The notes: generated by a model from the sequence alone, not told the origin. A stretch of 64,000 bases of DNA from a bacterium (GCA_023230585.1 JALNXB010000001.1:69847-133846), one strand, 5' to 3'. Shown: positions 28,212-37,977, numbered from the stretch's first letter. Numbers and translations: made by a program.

Positions 28212-30213
28212 AATCAGGGTCTTCTTCTTCAGGTGTTACACCTACATATCTTCCAGGAGTTAAACTCCAGTCATTTTCTTCAATCTCTTTTTTGTCAACC
28301 AGTTTAACAAGCCCTTCTACATCTCTTAGTTTTTCTTCGGGAAACCGTTCGAGAAGCCATTCTGCCTGATGAAAAAAATATCTAACAAGTTTTAACTGCT
28401 TAACCAATATATCCCGCGTTTCTTCTGCCTGCTTTTTAAGGTTGGTTATCTCGCGGTTATTTTCTTTGCTGTTTCCATTGTTGTTCGTATTAATAAAATC
28501 CTCTGTCAGCCGGTTTGCAAGCCGATACATAAGTTCTGCTTCTTTTATAAGTTTATTATTTTCTTCTGCTAGAGGTTTAAGTTTCTCCAAAATCTTTAGC
28601 GAATTCAACTTCTCTTTGTTTTTCCGCAAATGCATTTCCTCAGGCATTTCTGCAAGAATCTTTGTGTAGTTTTTGCTAATGTTTTTATAAGTTCTCGTGC
28701 TTACCGTAAGTTTACCGGCAATTTCGTATTGTTTACTGTTAACAGGAAGCTGCTCAATAAACGATTTAAGCTTTTTGTACAACTCTTCAAAATCTTGCTC
28801 GTATTGGCATGTGAGCAATTGTATATGTGCAGATTCATCAAGGAACCTTAACATATAATTTAGCACCAGTTTATGGAATCGGTCTGTTTCTCCCCTGTAT
28901 AGCCATACTATAGAGAGGATGTTTTGAAGTTGTTCTGGACTGAAATCATAAATTTTGCGGGTCACTTTTCTGTAGATGTTTCGCGCATCTATCATCAAGA
29001 CCTTATCTTTCTGCGCTTTAGATTTACCTTTGTTGAAAAACCAGAGTTCACAGGGAACAGTGCGGGTATAGAAGAAATTTGAGCGGATGGCTATCATAAC
29101 ATCAACATCACCTGTTTCTACAATTTTCTGTCTAACCTTTGATTCGCTCTTTCCTGCGCTTGATGCCTGCGAAGACATTACAAAACCTGCTCTGCCTTTT
29201 TCTGTAAGATAACTGTAAAAATAGCTTATCCAGATATAGTTGCCATTGCTTACCTTTCCTTTTTTATTGACACCCGGCAAACCGAAAGGTAATCGAGGAT
29301 CGTTTTTTATTTTATCTGCATCTATTTCATCCACATTAAAGGGAGGATTTGCCATAACAAAACCTGCCTTTTTATACAAGTCATGGGGGTCTTCATAGTA
29401 GGTAATCGCCTTTTTTATATCTCCTACCAGACCGTGCACAGCAAGGTTCATTTTAGCTAGATTGATGGTTGTTGCATTTTTTTCCAGACCATAAAAAGAT
29501 AAGGCGTCCGTAGGATTTTTATGAAGATTTTCCACAAAACGAGCGCTCTGAACAAACATCCCTCCGCTTCCGCAGGCAGGGTCAAGTACTGTACCTCTTT
29601 TGGGTTCAAGGACATTGGCAATAAGAGAGACAAGTGATACGGGCGTGAAAAATTCTCCCCCATCGTGAGCTTTTAAGTCGGCAAACTGAGTAAGAAAATA
29701 TTCGTAAATTCTGCCGAAGACGTCCCCGTCAACTTTTTTAAGTTCTTCCGGATTCAGTACTCGGAGCAGATGCCCGAGTATTTCATTGTCCAGTTCTCTG
29801 TATTCTCTTTTAGGTAGAACGCCACGCAAAGTTTCATAATCCGCTTCAATAGATTCCATAGCGTCAATAATAGCCTTTGCCCGGTCGTCGCTGTCTTTCA
29901 GTGTGACGAGATAGTCAAATTGGGCTTTCTGTTGCAAGAAAATAGCTGATTTTTTGCTGAAATCTTCTTTGGTTATAGGCCGTTTTATTCCGCCTCTCGT
30001 AGGAAGAGTCTCTTCAATCGTATCTTTTACCGCTAAATAACGGCTATAGGCATGCCGTAAAAAGACTAGCCCCATAACTGGCATAAAGTATTCGTTGCTG
30101 GCATAATTGGAATTGGCTCGTAGTGTGTCTGCCGCGCTCCAGAGCCTTTTTTCGATTGCTTCGATATTTGCAAGTTGTGCCATAATATACTCGTAGAGAA
30201 ATATCTGTTTCAA
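28087..30213 (-). CDS. hsdM: Type I R-M N6-adenine DNA methyltransferase (HsdM), long form with C-terminal coiled-coil extension
   Basis: AdoMet motif LDPACGSGGMF and catalytic NPPF (VMANPPFNVDE). Confidence 0.9.
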   Translation of the reverse strand: MKQIFLYEYIMAQLANIEAIEKRLWSAADTLRANSNYASNEYFMPVMGLVFLRHAYSRYLAVKDTIEETLPTRGGIKRPITKEDFSKKSAIFLQQKAQFDYLVTLKDSDDRAKAIIDAMESIEADYETLRGVLPKREYRELDNEILGHLLRVLNPEELKKVDGDVFGRIYEYFLTQFADLKAHDGGEFFTPVSLVSLIANVLEPKRGTVLDPACGSGGMFVQSARFVENLHKNPTDALSFYGLEKNATTINLAKMNLAVHGLVGDIKKAITYYEDPHDLYKKAGFVMANPPFNVDEIDADKIKNDPRLPFGLPGVNKKGKVSNGNYIWISYFYSYLTEKGRAGFVMSSQASSAGKSESKVRQKIVETGDVDVMIAIRSNFFYTRTVPCELWFFNKGKSKAQKDKVLMIDARNIYRKVTRKIYDFSPEQLQNILSIVWLYRGETDRFHKLVLNYMLRFLDESAHIQLLTCQYEQDFEELYKKLKSFIEQLPVNSKQYEIAGKLTVSTRTYKNISKNYTKILAEMPEEMHLRKNKEKLNSLKILEKLKPLAEENNKLIKEAELMYRLANRLTEDFINTNNNGNSKENNREITNLKKQAEETRDILVKQLKLVRYFFHQAEWLLERFPEEKLRDVEGLVKLVDKKEIEENDWSLTPGRYVGVTPEEEDPDFDFSGTMLAIHTELDELNKTAGELAKKISENFKRLGYEANR

Positions 30214-30242
30214 AACTGCTTTCTATAAGGATTTTACAGTTA

Positions 30243-30281
30243 TTGTTGCAGGGAAAATTTCTGCACCAAAAATTTTAAAAA
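30243..30281. repeat. 39-bp direct repeat copy B (non-coding fragment of atpF sequence)
   Basis: Identical to 21923-21961; flanking sequence does not maintain an ORF. Confidence 0.8.
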
Positions 30282-30294
30282 CTATCATGCTTCA

Positions 30295-30404
30295 TCACCC
30301 TACGCCAAGGTTTATCTGCCAAGTTTGTAGTTTAATGTAGGTTGGATTGGAGGAAAGTCGTGGAGGATTGCCCATTTCCCTACAAACTGGACGGTGTTCA
30401 CTGA
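30295..30404. repeat. Dispersed modular intergenic repeat copy
   Basis: 'caaggtttatctgccaag' and 'ctggacggtgttcactgaagat' modules. Confidence 0.45.
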
Positions 30405-30432
30405 AGATTTATCTTTTTTAAATAATATTTGG

Positions 30433-31227
30433 TTAAAAAAGTGGTGTGCCGATCTCCTGTTCAGCTTCTTGGATGAATTGATAATGAGAGTACCTCTTTA
30501 AACAAGAAGCCGCTTGGTGGTCTATAAGAATAGTAATTTTCGGGTGTAATTGCAGAATAGACGCTGGTACTATACTTGTTATTGGACCTTCAAGAGCCTT
30601 AGCAACAATTTCAGCTTTATTTTTACCTGTTGCAAGAAAGAGTATTTCTTTAGCTTCAAGAATCGTGCCTATACCCATTGAAATAGCAAACCTGGGAACC
30701 TCTTTTATATCAGTAAAAAACCTTGAATTATCTTGTATCGTCTGTTTATCGAGAGCAACAAGGCGTGTTCTTGATTTAAAAGAGGAACCCGGTTCATTAA
30801 AAGCAATATGTCCGTCGCCTCCTATACCGAGAATTTGTAAGTCTATACCACCTGCTTCAATGATTGTTTTCTCGTATAGTTGGCAGTATTGAGCCACTTC
30901 TTTGACGTTTAGGTCACCTTTTGGGATAAAGGTATTATTCTGGTTGATATCAATATGGTCAAAGAGGTTGGTCTTCATATAATATCTGTAACTTTGAGGA
31001 TGAGATGAATTGATACCATAATATTCATCAAGATTAAAGGTTTTCACATTACAAAAAGATATTTCTTTATCTTTATTTAACCTAACCAACTCTTTATATA
31101 GTTCGAGTGGAGTACTTCCTGTTGCCAGTCCAAGAGTGGTGTCAGATTTTTTGTTGACAAGATTTTTTATGATTCTGCTTGCTTCTTGTGAAATTTCTTT
31201 ATAATCTTTTTTAATTATCACTCTCAT
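30433..31227 (-). CDS. nagB: Glucosamine-6-phosphate deaminase (NagB/6-phosphogluconolactonase family)
   Basis: 264 aa, N-terminal and GIGxDGH-like (ILGIGGDGHIAFNEPGS) signature. Confidence 0.75.
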   Translation of the reverse strand: MRVIIKKDYKEISQEASRIIKNLVNKKSDTTLGLATGSTPLELYKELVRLNKDKEISFCNVKTFNLDEYYGINSSHPQSYRYYMKTNLFDHIDINQNNTFIPKGDLNVKEVAQYCQLYEKTIIEAGGIDLQILGIGGDGHIAFNEPGSSFKSRTRLVALDKQTIQDNSRFFTDIKEVPRFAISMGIGTILEAKEILFLATGKNKAEIVAKALEGPITSIVPASILQLHPKITILIDHQAASCLKRYSHYQFIQEAEQEIGTPLF

Positions 31228-32608
31228 TGCTATCTTCTGTCTCTGTATCTGGTTCAGTCTCTACGTTTTCGGTCTCTTCGTCATCGTCTTCTGGTATAGG
31301 AATATCCCCAAGTTGTTTCAATCCAAGTGAAATCCGTTTGTTGTCTGGGTCTATTTCAAGTATCATTACCTCAAGTTTTTGTCCTTTGTGTAAGACATCT
31401 GACGGGTGTTTAATCTGTTCAGTAGAGATGTTGGAGATATGTAAAAGTCCATCAATATCTTTTTCTATCTCTACAAACGCTCCGAAATCAGTTATATTGT
31501 AAACCTTCCCCTTTACAATGCTTCCTACAGGAAATTTTTCTGCGATTTCTGGCCAAGGGTTAGATTCGAGTTCTCTTAGACTGAAAGATATTTTCTGTTC
31601 AGCTTTTTTGATATCAATAACCTTAACTGTGACAGGGTCGCCCATAGCTACTATTTCTGAAGGTCTTCTAACTCTACCTGTCCAGGAAAGTTCTGATATA
31701 TGTAGCAGTCCTTCTACACCTTCTTCTATTTTGACAAACGCTCCGTAATCTGTGATGTTTACTATTTTACCTTCAATAGTAGAGCCAATGGGGTATTTTT
31801 CTTCAATGTTTTCCCATGGGTTAGGAGTTTTCTGTTTTAACCCAAAAGAAGCTATCTGTTTTTCAAGGTCAACATCAAGAATAACAACCTCAACTTTCTG
31901 TCCTAAACTTAGTAATTGAGACGGGTAACTTACCTTCCCCCAACTCATATCGTTAAGGTGGAGTAACCCAACAAGCCCGTATTCTATCTCTATGAACGCT
32001 CCATAATCAACAATGTTTCTAACGACTCCTGTAACAAGTTGATTTTTTTGGAGTTCTGAAAGATACTCTTTCTTCTGAACCGCCTGTTCTTCTTCAATAA
32101 ATTTTCTTCTTGATACAACAACATTTTTTCTTAAAGCATCAAGTTTAATAATCTTAAAAGTTGCTTGCGAGTTGATAAGTTTTGCAGGGTTAGAAAGAGG
32201 CGCTATATCTGCCTGTGATGTAGGTAGAAAAGCAAGAACCCCTATATCTACTCTAAAACCTCCCTTGATTGATTTAAAAATCGTGCCTTCTATTGGTGTA
32301 TCTGCTTCGTAAGCTTTTTCGATGTTTTCCCAATGTAATAATATGTCTGCTTTTTCTTTAGACAAAGGAATCAAACCAGTCTTGTCAGGGTCCAAAGATT
32401 CTACAATAACAGTAACTTCTGTTCCTTCAAGTTCTTCTCCAGAATCGTTTTTAAATTCTTCTCTTGGTGCTACCCCTTCAGACTTGTACTCGATGTCTAT
32501 TATTACGTCATCGTTGAGTACCCGTAAAATCTTCCCTTTAATTAGTGAACCAGGTTTAAAGCTTGCAATTTTTTCTTCCAGAAGTCTGCTTACTTCTTCT
32601 CTTGCCAT
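31211..32608 (-). CDS. rpsA: 30S ribosomal protein S1 (five S1 domains, acidic C-terminal tail)
   Basis: Repeated S1 motifs DYGAFVxIExGxxGLLHISE; start may be an internal Met given 53-nt overlap with ispH. Confidence 0.8.
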   Translation of the reverse strand: MAREEVSRLLEEKIASFKPGSLIKGKILRVLNDDVIIDIEYKSEGVAPREEFKNDSGEELEGTEVTVIVESLDPDKTGLIPLSKEKADILLHWENIEKAYEADTPIEGTIFKSIKGGFRVDIGVLAFLPTSQADIAPLSNPAKLINSQATFKIIKLDALRKNVVVSRRKFIEEEQAVQKKEYLSELQKNQLVTGVVRNIVDYGAFIEIEYGLVGLLHLNDMSWGKVSYPSQLLSLGQKVEVVILDVDLEKQIASFGLKQKTPNPWENIEEKYPIGSTIEGKIVNITDYGAFVKIEEGVEGLLHISELSWTGRVRRPSEIVAMGDPVTVKVIDIKKAEQKISFSLRELESNPWPEIAEKFPVGSIVKGKVYNITDFGAFVEIEKDIDGLLHISNISTEQIKHPSDVLHKGQKLEVMILEIDPDNKRISLGLKQLGDIPIPEDDDEETENVETEPDTETEDSNESDN

Positions 32609-33464
32609 GTATACCTACCTCCTTATATCCTTTATTTTTTAATTTTTCTTTAACCGCCAGTATGAAGTTTTCAGGAGTAGATGTTCCTGACACTAAGCCG
32701 ACGGAAGAAATTTCTTCTAATGATACTTCTTCTAACTCTTCAAGTTTTTCTACATAATGAACATTTGCGTTGAAACTTTTGCATGTCTGGTAAAGTTTGC
32801 CTGTATTGGAACTGGTTTTGCCGCCCAACACTATTACCATATCGCTCTTTTTACTTATAAGGACAGATTCTGCTTGACGTTCTTCTGTCACTTTACATAT
32901 TGTATTATAAATTATAACTTTTTTAAAACGGAGATTTTCAAGTATATAATTTGCTGTAGAAAGATAATCTTTAAAAGATAAGGTTGTCTGCCCTATCACA
33001 GCAAGTTGTTCAAACTGTCTTCTATTTTTAAACTCGCTTTTTTCTTGAACAACAAGTGTGTTCTTCCCGTAATCTCTTAACGCTTCAACTTCAGGGTGTT
33101 TTCTATTCCCTATTATTATAACAAAATATTTTTTATTGTCTAATTTTTTTATTAACGAGTGAAGTTTTTTTACCGATGGACACGTTGCGTCGTATATATC
33201 AACTTTCTGTTTTTTTAGTCTTTCAAGTTTAGGAAGCCCTATTCCGTGAGACCTGACAATAAAAGGGCAATTATGTATTTCATTTAAATTCTCTGTTACT
33301 TTTAACCCTTCTGATTTAAGTTGAGCCATAACAACAGGGTTATGAACTATATCTCCAATACTATATAGGGTTTTATGTTCTCGTAGAAGGTTTTCAGCCA
33401 TTTTAACAGTTCTGTTTACACCAAAACAGAAGCCGATGTTTTTTGCTACAATAAGTTTTTTCAT
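32556..33464 (-). CDS. ispH: 4-hydroxy-3-methylbut-2-enyl diphosphate reductase (IspH/LytB)
   Basis: 302 aa, conserved Cys/His pattern and GFCFGVNR N-terminus; classic ispH-rpsA linkage. Confidence 0.8.
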   Translation of the reverse strand: MKKLIVAKNIGFCFGVNRTVKMAENLLREHKTLYSIGDIVHNPVVMAQLKSEGLKVTENLNEIHNCPFIVRSHGIGLPKLERLKKQKVDIYDATCPSVKKLHSLIKKLDNKKYFVIIIGNRKHPEVEALRDYGKNTLVVQEKSEFKNRRQFEQLAVIGQTTLSFKDYLSTANYILENLRFKKVIIYNTICKVTEERQAESVLISKKSDMVIVLGGKTSSNTGKLYQTCKSFNANVHYVEKLEELEEVSLEEISSVGLVSGTSTPENFILAVKEKLKNKGYKEVGIHGKRRSKQTSGRKNCKL

Positions 33465-34057
33465 AGTGCCTCAAGTTTTGCTATCTCATCCATAGCCAGT
33501 TGTGAAATGGCCGCATAATCTGTTTCTTCAGTCTTTATGGGAGGTCCATAAATTACTGTAATTGTTGTGCTAGGTCTTATAAATCTTGCGCCAACAGGCA
33601 TTGCTTTGTTGGTACCTTTGATTAAAACGGGTATTAAAGGGGCTCCACTTTTTATATGCAGAAAACCTATACCTGGTTTTGGATCAAGCATCTTGCCTGT
33701 TTTGCTTCTTGTGCCCTCAGGGAAGACAACAAGTGCTCTCTTTTTTTTTAAAGCTTTTATTCCCGCTCTTAAAGATGTTGAAGAAGGTTTATCTCTTTCT
33801 AATGGGATAGCACCAAGGTACGCAAGTATGCGGGATATAATAAATATATGGAGAAGGTTATCTTTAGCGAAATAGTTGACAGGCATAGGTAATGAGTGGC
33901 CAACAACTATTGCGTCGAGAAAACTTATATGGTTTGCTACTATAATGCACGGACCTTCTTTAACTATATTTTCTCTGCCTTCCACCTTTATACGAAAAAC
34001 AAATTTAAATGTTATAAAAGCAAGAAATTTTGCAGAAAAGTAAAGAAATGTTTCCAT
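33461..34057 (-). CDS. plsC: 1-acyl-sn-glycerol-3-phosphate acyltransferase
   Basis: HxxxxD (VANHISFLDAIV) and FPEGTRS motifs. Confidence 0.7.
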   Translation of the reverse strand: METFLYFSAKFLAFITFKFVFRIKVEGRENIVKEGPCIIVANHISFLDAIVVGHSLPMPVNYFAKDNLLHIFIISRILAYLGAIPLERDKPSSTSLRAGIKALKKKRALVVFPEGTRSKTGKMLDPKPGIGFLHIKSGAPLIPVLIKGTNKAMPVGARFIRPSTTITVIYGPPIKTEETDYAAISQLAMDEIAKLEAL

Positions 34058-34329
34058 TATTTATCCAATATGTTTGACAGAAGAGTGATTCCAATAATTT
34101 TGTTTTTTAATATATCTACTTCTTTTCTATTGGGAGCGATACCATCTTGTTTGACTAAAATAGCGTATTCGTGTTTGCTAAGAGAAACTTCTGCGTGATC
34201 AAAAGCATCTACCTGTTTTAGGGTGATACATAAAGGGCTTTCTGTATCAAATGTTCCTATATATACCCACCTAGAATCTGTATCTATTATTACCTGTTTA
34301 CCTCTATATTTTTCATTGAATGAACACAT
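34057..34329 (-). CDS. Hypothetical small protein
   Basis: ORF only, in operon context between dtd and plsC. Confidence 0.3.
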   Translation of the reverse strand: MCSFNEKYRGKQVIIDTDSRWVYIGTFDTESPLCITLKQVDAFDHAEVSLSKHEYAILVKQDGIAPNRKEVDILKNKIIGITLLSNILDK

Positions 34330-34336
34330 TTTTAGT

Positions 34337-34780
34337 CTATTTTTTACTGTTGAGAAGTATTGTTACAGGACCATCGTTATGTATCTCAACAAGCATATAT
34401 TTACCGAATTCTCCTGAAACAACCTTTAAGCCAGAAAGGTTGAGCATTTCAAGAAAATTGTTGTATAAGAGAAGCGCTTTATTTGGGGGAGCAGCTTCTG
34501 TAAAGTCAGGGCGGTTACCTCTCTTGCAGTTACCACAGAGGGTAAACTGAGAGATTATCATCAGAGCTCCGTTTATATCAGAAACAGAGTTGTCCATTTT
34601 GCCGTGCAGGTTTTCAAATATTCTCATAGAAAGGATTTTTCCTACAAGGTATTCACAATCCTTTTCTGTATCGTCCTGTTCAACGGCAACAAGTACCACT
34701 AAACCAGTATCTATCTCGCCTCTTTTTTCGTTCTCTACATACAGAACACCTTTCTTAACTCGTTGAATAACTGTTTTCAT
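34337..34780 (-). CDS. dtd: D-aminoacyl-tRNA deacylase
   Basis: MKTVIQRV start, SQFTL motif, ~147 aa. Confidence 0.8.
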   Translation of the reverse strand: MKTVIQRVKKGVLYVENEKRGEIDTGLVVLVAVEQDDTEKDCEYLVGKILSMRIFENLHGKMDNSVSDINGALMIISQFTLCGNCKRGNRPDFTEAAPPNKALLLYNNFLEMLNLSGLKVVSGEFGKYMLVEIHNDGPVTILLNSKK

Positions 34781-34836
34781 AATTTAAGTTTACTCCTAAA
34801 CATATTTCCTTGCAAATTTGGGTACCAATCTGGTTA

Positions 34837-35628
34837 TTAAAACGGAAATGTTTCTGATTCAGGTGCTTTGGAGAGTTGTAAGAACAATTCTGACCACACC
34901 TTTACGCCTACCTGAAATATTTTATCTGCTTTGTCTGCTGAAGATTTACGAGCGTCGCCTCCAGCTGAAGTTGGAAGATGTAAATGCCATGGTTTAACAA
35001 AGTGGACATGACAATCTTCTAATATGCTCAGTTTTGGATCAACCATAGGGTTGACACCTATTTTATCTTTTTTTACAAGGTTAGGTTTTAGAAACAACAT
35101 ATTGGAAGTCTCCCATTCTCCTGCGTGCGGGCTGTAATGTTCTATTAAGTTTTCTACGTCAGCATAGTATTGAGGAAGTCCAGGACCGAGAGGTAGAAGT
35201 CCTACAAAAAGCCCTTTTATTCCAGCAACATCTCTTTGGACGGCTTTTAAAACATCAATGTTACCACCGTGCCCGTTGGTAATAATTATTCTGTTAATAT
35301 TTTCTCCCTTCAAAAAGAGTATCAAGTCTTTTACCATAGCCATAAACACTGGTACACTCATACGGCAAGCAAACGGTAATGCATAAAAATTATTGTTAAG
35401 AGAAATTTTTTGTACAGGTAAACATATAACTCTTGCGCCATTCTTGTTTGCCTGTCTGGTTGCTTCATAAGTTTTTGCTCCTACTGCAAAACTATCTGTT
35501 CCGTATGGTAGAGCAGGTCCGTGAGGTTCTGTTGAACCTATAGGTATAACTCCAACATTAGGGTTAAGTTCTTTAACATCTTCAGTTGTCATCTCTTCAA
35601 GAATACCTGAAAGGTTTAATTTACTCAT
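34837..35628 (-). CDS. Creatininase-family amidohydrolase
   Basis: GSTEPHG and NGHGGN motifs. Confidence 0.65.
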   Translation of the reverse strand: MSKLNLSGILEEMTTEDVKELNPNVGVIPIGSTEPHGPALPYGTDSFAVGAKTYEATRQANKNGARVICLPVQKISLNNNFYALPFACRMSVPVFMAMVKDLILFLKGENINRIIITNGHGGNIDVLKAVQRDVAGIKGLFVGLLPLGPGLPQYYADVENLIEHYSPHAGEWETSNMLFLKPNLVKKDKIGVNPMVDPKLSILEDCHVHFVKPWHLHLPTSAGGDARKSSADKADKIFQVGVKVWSELFLQLSKAPESETFPF

Positions 35629-35740
35629 ATTAAAAAACCTCCTTTTTGTGTTGATAATCCTTGTTTTTACTTAAATTAATTATACCATATATGGGGTATA
35701 TCGGCTAATTTGACAATAAACATCTTGAAGGCCTTTTTGT

Positions 35741-35769
35741 TTGACATAAACGGCTATTGTAGATATAAT
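35741..35769 (+). promoter_or_regulatory. Consensus sigma70-like promoter TTGACA-17-TATAAT
   Basis: ttgaca(35741)-17 nt-tataat(35764), ~45 nt upstream of ATG 35814 with GGGGGAG RBS. Confidence 0.45.
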
Positions 35770-35813
35770 GAAGGTTACCTGTTTTATTTTAAGGAACAAC
35801 CCAGGGGGAGAAA

Positions 35814-36914
35814 ATGGTTGAAGCTAAAGTGAAATATATTAATTTTAAAACAAAAACGCTTCCAGAATATAAGATGCCGTATTGGGATATAGATTCTGGG
35901 AAAGAAGGTCCGTGTTTTTTGGTAACAGCGGCGATTCACGGTAACGAAGTTCAAGGTAGCGAAGCTATCAGAAGGTTCTGCCCTATTGCAGAAAAGAGTC
36001 TTCTTAAAGGACGGATTGTTCTGGTTCCTTTTGTTAACCCTCTTGCTTTATGGAATCGACGACCTCATATTGTATCTACTTTAGGTGAACCTTTTGGAGT
36101 ATATGCAGGTAAACTGGAAAAAGATAACCTTAACCGTGCGTGGCCTGGCGACCCTGACGGTAACGAGAGTGACCAGGTCGCTTATATTTTCTTTAATGAT
36201 TTTTTCAAAAAAATTGCTCCAACCCATTATGTTGACCTACACTGTTATAACAGGTTTATCGCTGCCTGTTCTATAGCAGAGAAAGGTAACCCTAAAAGTA
36301 TAGAGTTTGCAAAACAATCTACTTTCCCGATATTTAGACTTTTTACATTTGGTTCCTTACTAAATACAGAAGATGTTCCTGAGGAACTGAAAAAAAGAGA
36401 ACGGTTTTCGCTTATGCAATGGGTTAGTAAAAACGGTGGGGCTGCTTTTGCAGTCGAATTTTCTGGTCAATACACCCTTATAGAGAAAGAGGTTGAAAGA
36501 GGTGTAAGAATGTTGAGTAATAGCGCAAAATATATAGGTGTTTTTGAAGGACAACTTGAAGGTATGGATGAACTTGTGATTCATAAGGAAGAAGAGAATG
36601 TGGAGATGGTTGCCGTAAGGGTGCCACACCAGGGGTTGTTTATAGAAAACGGGTTGTCTATTGGCGATTATGTAAAAAAAGGTGATGTTTTGGGACATCT
36701 TTTTAATGATGCTACATTAAAGACCATACCTATTGAAGCGCCTATCTCTGGTTACCTATATTATTACGGTAGTGCCAGGAGGCGGTGTGATGTGGATTTA
36801 GCTTCAATGCATCCTTTTGTAGATAAAGATGGAAATATAGCAACAATCATAAGAGAAAAACCAAGTTCTGAACAAGAAGAAGCAGAGCAAAGGGAGGGTA
36901 AAAACAATGGTTAA
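35814..36914 (+). CDS. Succinylglutamate desuccinylase/aspartoacylase (AstE/AspA) family zinc hydrolase, paralog 1
   Basis: HGNEVQGSE zinc-binding motif; 366 aa. Confidence 0.6.
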   Translation: MVEAKVKYINFKTKTLPEYKMPYWDIDSGKEGPCFLVTAAIHGNEVQGSEAIRRFCPIAEKSLLKGRIVLVPFVNPLALWNRRPHIVSTLGEPFGVYAGKLEKDNLNRAWPGDPDGNESDQVAYIFFNDFFKKIAPTHYVDLHCYNRFIAACSIAEKGNPKSIEFAKQSTFPIFRLFTFGSLLNTEDVPEELKKRERFSLMQWVSKNGGAAFAVEFSGQYTLIEKEVERGVRMLSNSAKYIGVFEGQLEGMDELVIHKEEENVEMVAVRVPHQGLFIENGLSIGDYVKKGDVLGHLFNDATLKTIPIEAPISGYLYYYGSARRRCDVDLASMHPFVDKDGNIATIIREKPSSEQEEAEQREGKNNG

Positions 36915-37938
36915 AGCTAAGGTAAGGCACCTACCTGTTAAGATTAAAGATAGACCAGAATTTAATTTGGCGTACTGGGAAATAGATTCAGGCAACGAAG
37001 GTCCTTGTCTTCTTGTAACAGCGGCTCTGCACGGTAACGAGGTCCAAGGAAGCGAAGTTATAAGAAGGTTCTGCCCTATTGCAGAAAAAGAGATTGTTAA
37101 AGGTAAGATGGTTCTTGTTCCTTTTGCTAACCCTCTTGCTGTGTGGAATAGACGACCTCACATTGTATCTACCCTTGCTGAACCTAAAGGAAGGATGGTC
37201 GAGAGAGTTATCGGCGAGAAAAAGATGGTTGTTCCTGATAGAAGAGATAATTTGAACTGTACTTGGCCCGGTAATCCAGAAGGAAATGAATCTGAACAGA
37301 TGTCTTATATTTTATTTAATGGGCTTGTTCAGCAGGCAACCCATAATATAGATTTACATTGTTGGAACAAGTTTTGGGCAACATCTGCTCTACCAATAAA
37401 GACAGAAGAGAGTTTAGAATTTGCAAAAGCAGGGGCTTACCCTTTTGTTATACCATCAGCGCCTCTACCTAAAGATTTTCAGGGTCCGTATACTCTTACC
37501 GGATGGTTCAATTCTCATGGGAGAGTTGCTTTTGCGGTTGAGTTTTCTGGTCAATATATTCTGTTTGAAAAAGAGATTAATATAGGGGTTAGGTCATTGG
37601 TGAATTGTTCAAAATATTTGAAAATGTTTAAGGGAGACCTGCAAGGGTTGGATGAAACACTTGTTGTTAAAGATGATTCTACCAAAGTGTTTAAAGTAAC
37701 GGCTCCTATTGAAGGGCTATTTATAGAGACAGATTTGAAGATTAGAGATTTTGTTAAACAAGGTACTCTGCTTGGGTATCTGTTTAGCGATAAAAACCTT
37801 GAAACAATAGAGATAAAAGCTCCTGCTGATGGGTATCTTTACTCTTACGGAAGCCATAGGGCTTTATGTGATGTTGACCTTGCAGGGATGCATCCTTACT
37901 CTGATAAAGGGGACACTCTTGCAATAATCAAGAGTTAA
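36907..37938 (+). CDS. AstE/AspA family zinc hydrolase, paralog 2 (tandem duplicate)
   Basis: N-terminal ~70 aa nearly identical to upstream paralog (…YWEIDSGNEGPCLLVTAALHGNEVQGSEVIRRFCPIAEK). Confidence 0.6.
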   Translation: MVKAKVRHLPVKIKDRPEFNLAYWEIDSGNEGPCLLVTAALHGNEVQGSEVIRRFCPIAEKEIVKGKMVLVPFANPLAVWNRRPHIVSTLAEPKGRMVERVIGEKKMVVPDRRDNLNCTWPGNPEGNESEQMSYILFNGLVQQATHNIDLHCWNKFWATSALPIKTEESLEFAKAGAYPFVIPSAPLPKDFQGPYTLTGWFNSHGRVAFAVEFSGQYILFEKEINIGVRSLVNCSKYLKMFKGDLQGLDETLVVKDDSTKVFKVTAPIEGLFIETDLKIRDFVKQGTLLGYLFSDKNLETIEIKAPADGYLYSYGSHRALCDVDLAGMHPYSDKGDTLAIIKS

Positions 37939-37977
37939 GAAGAAGTGTTTGACATATATAGATATAAGAGTTAAAAT

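Noticed and set aside
21962-30242. Integrase, recombinase or transposase gene expected for an inserted island
   Set aside because: None of the ORFs in the interval resembles a recombinase. Mobility is therefore inferred only from the direct repeats.
30231-30300. Second copy of the atpF-derived 39-mer as part of a second atpF gene
   Set aside because: The flanking sequence gives only ATG AAG CAT GAT AGT TTT TAA in that orientation, and the 39-mer is out of frame. It is a non-coding duplicate fragment.
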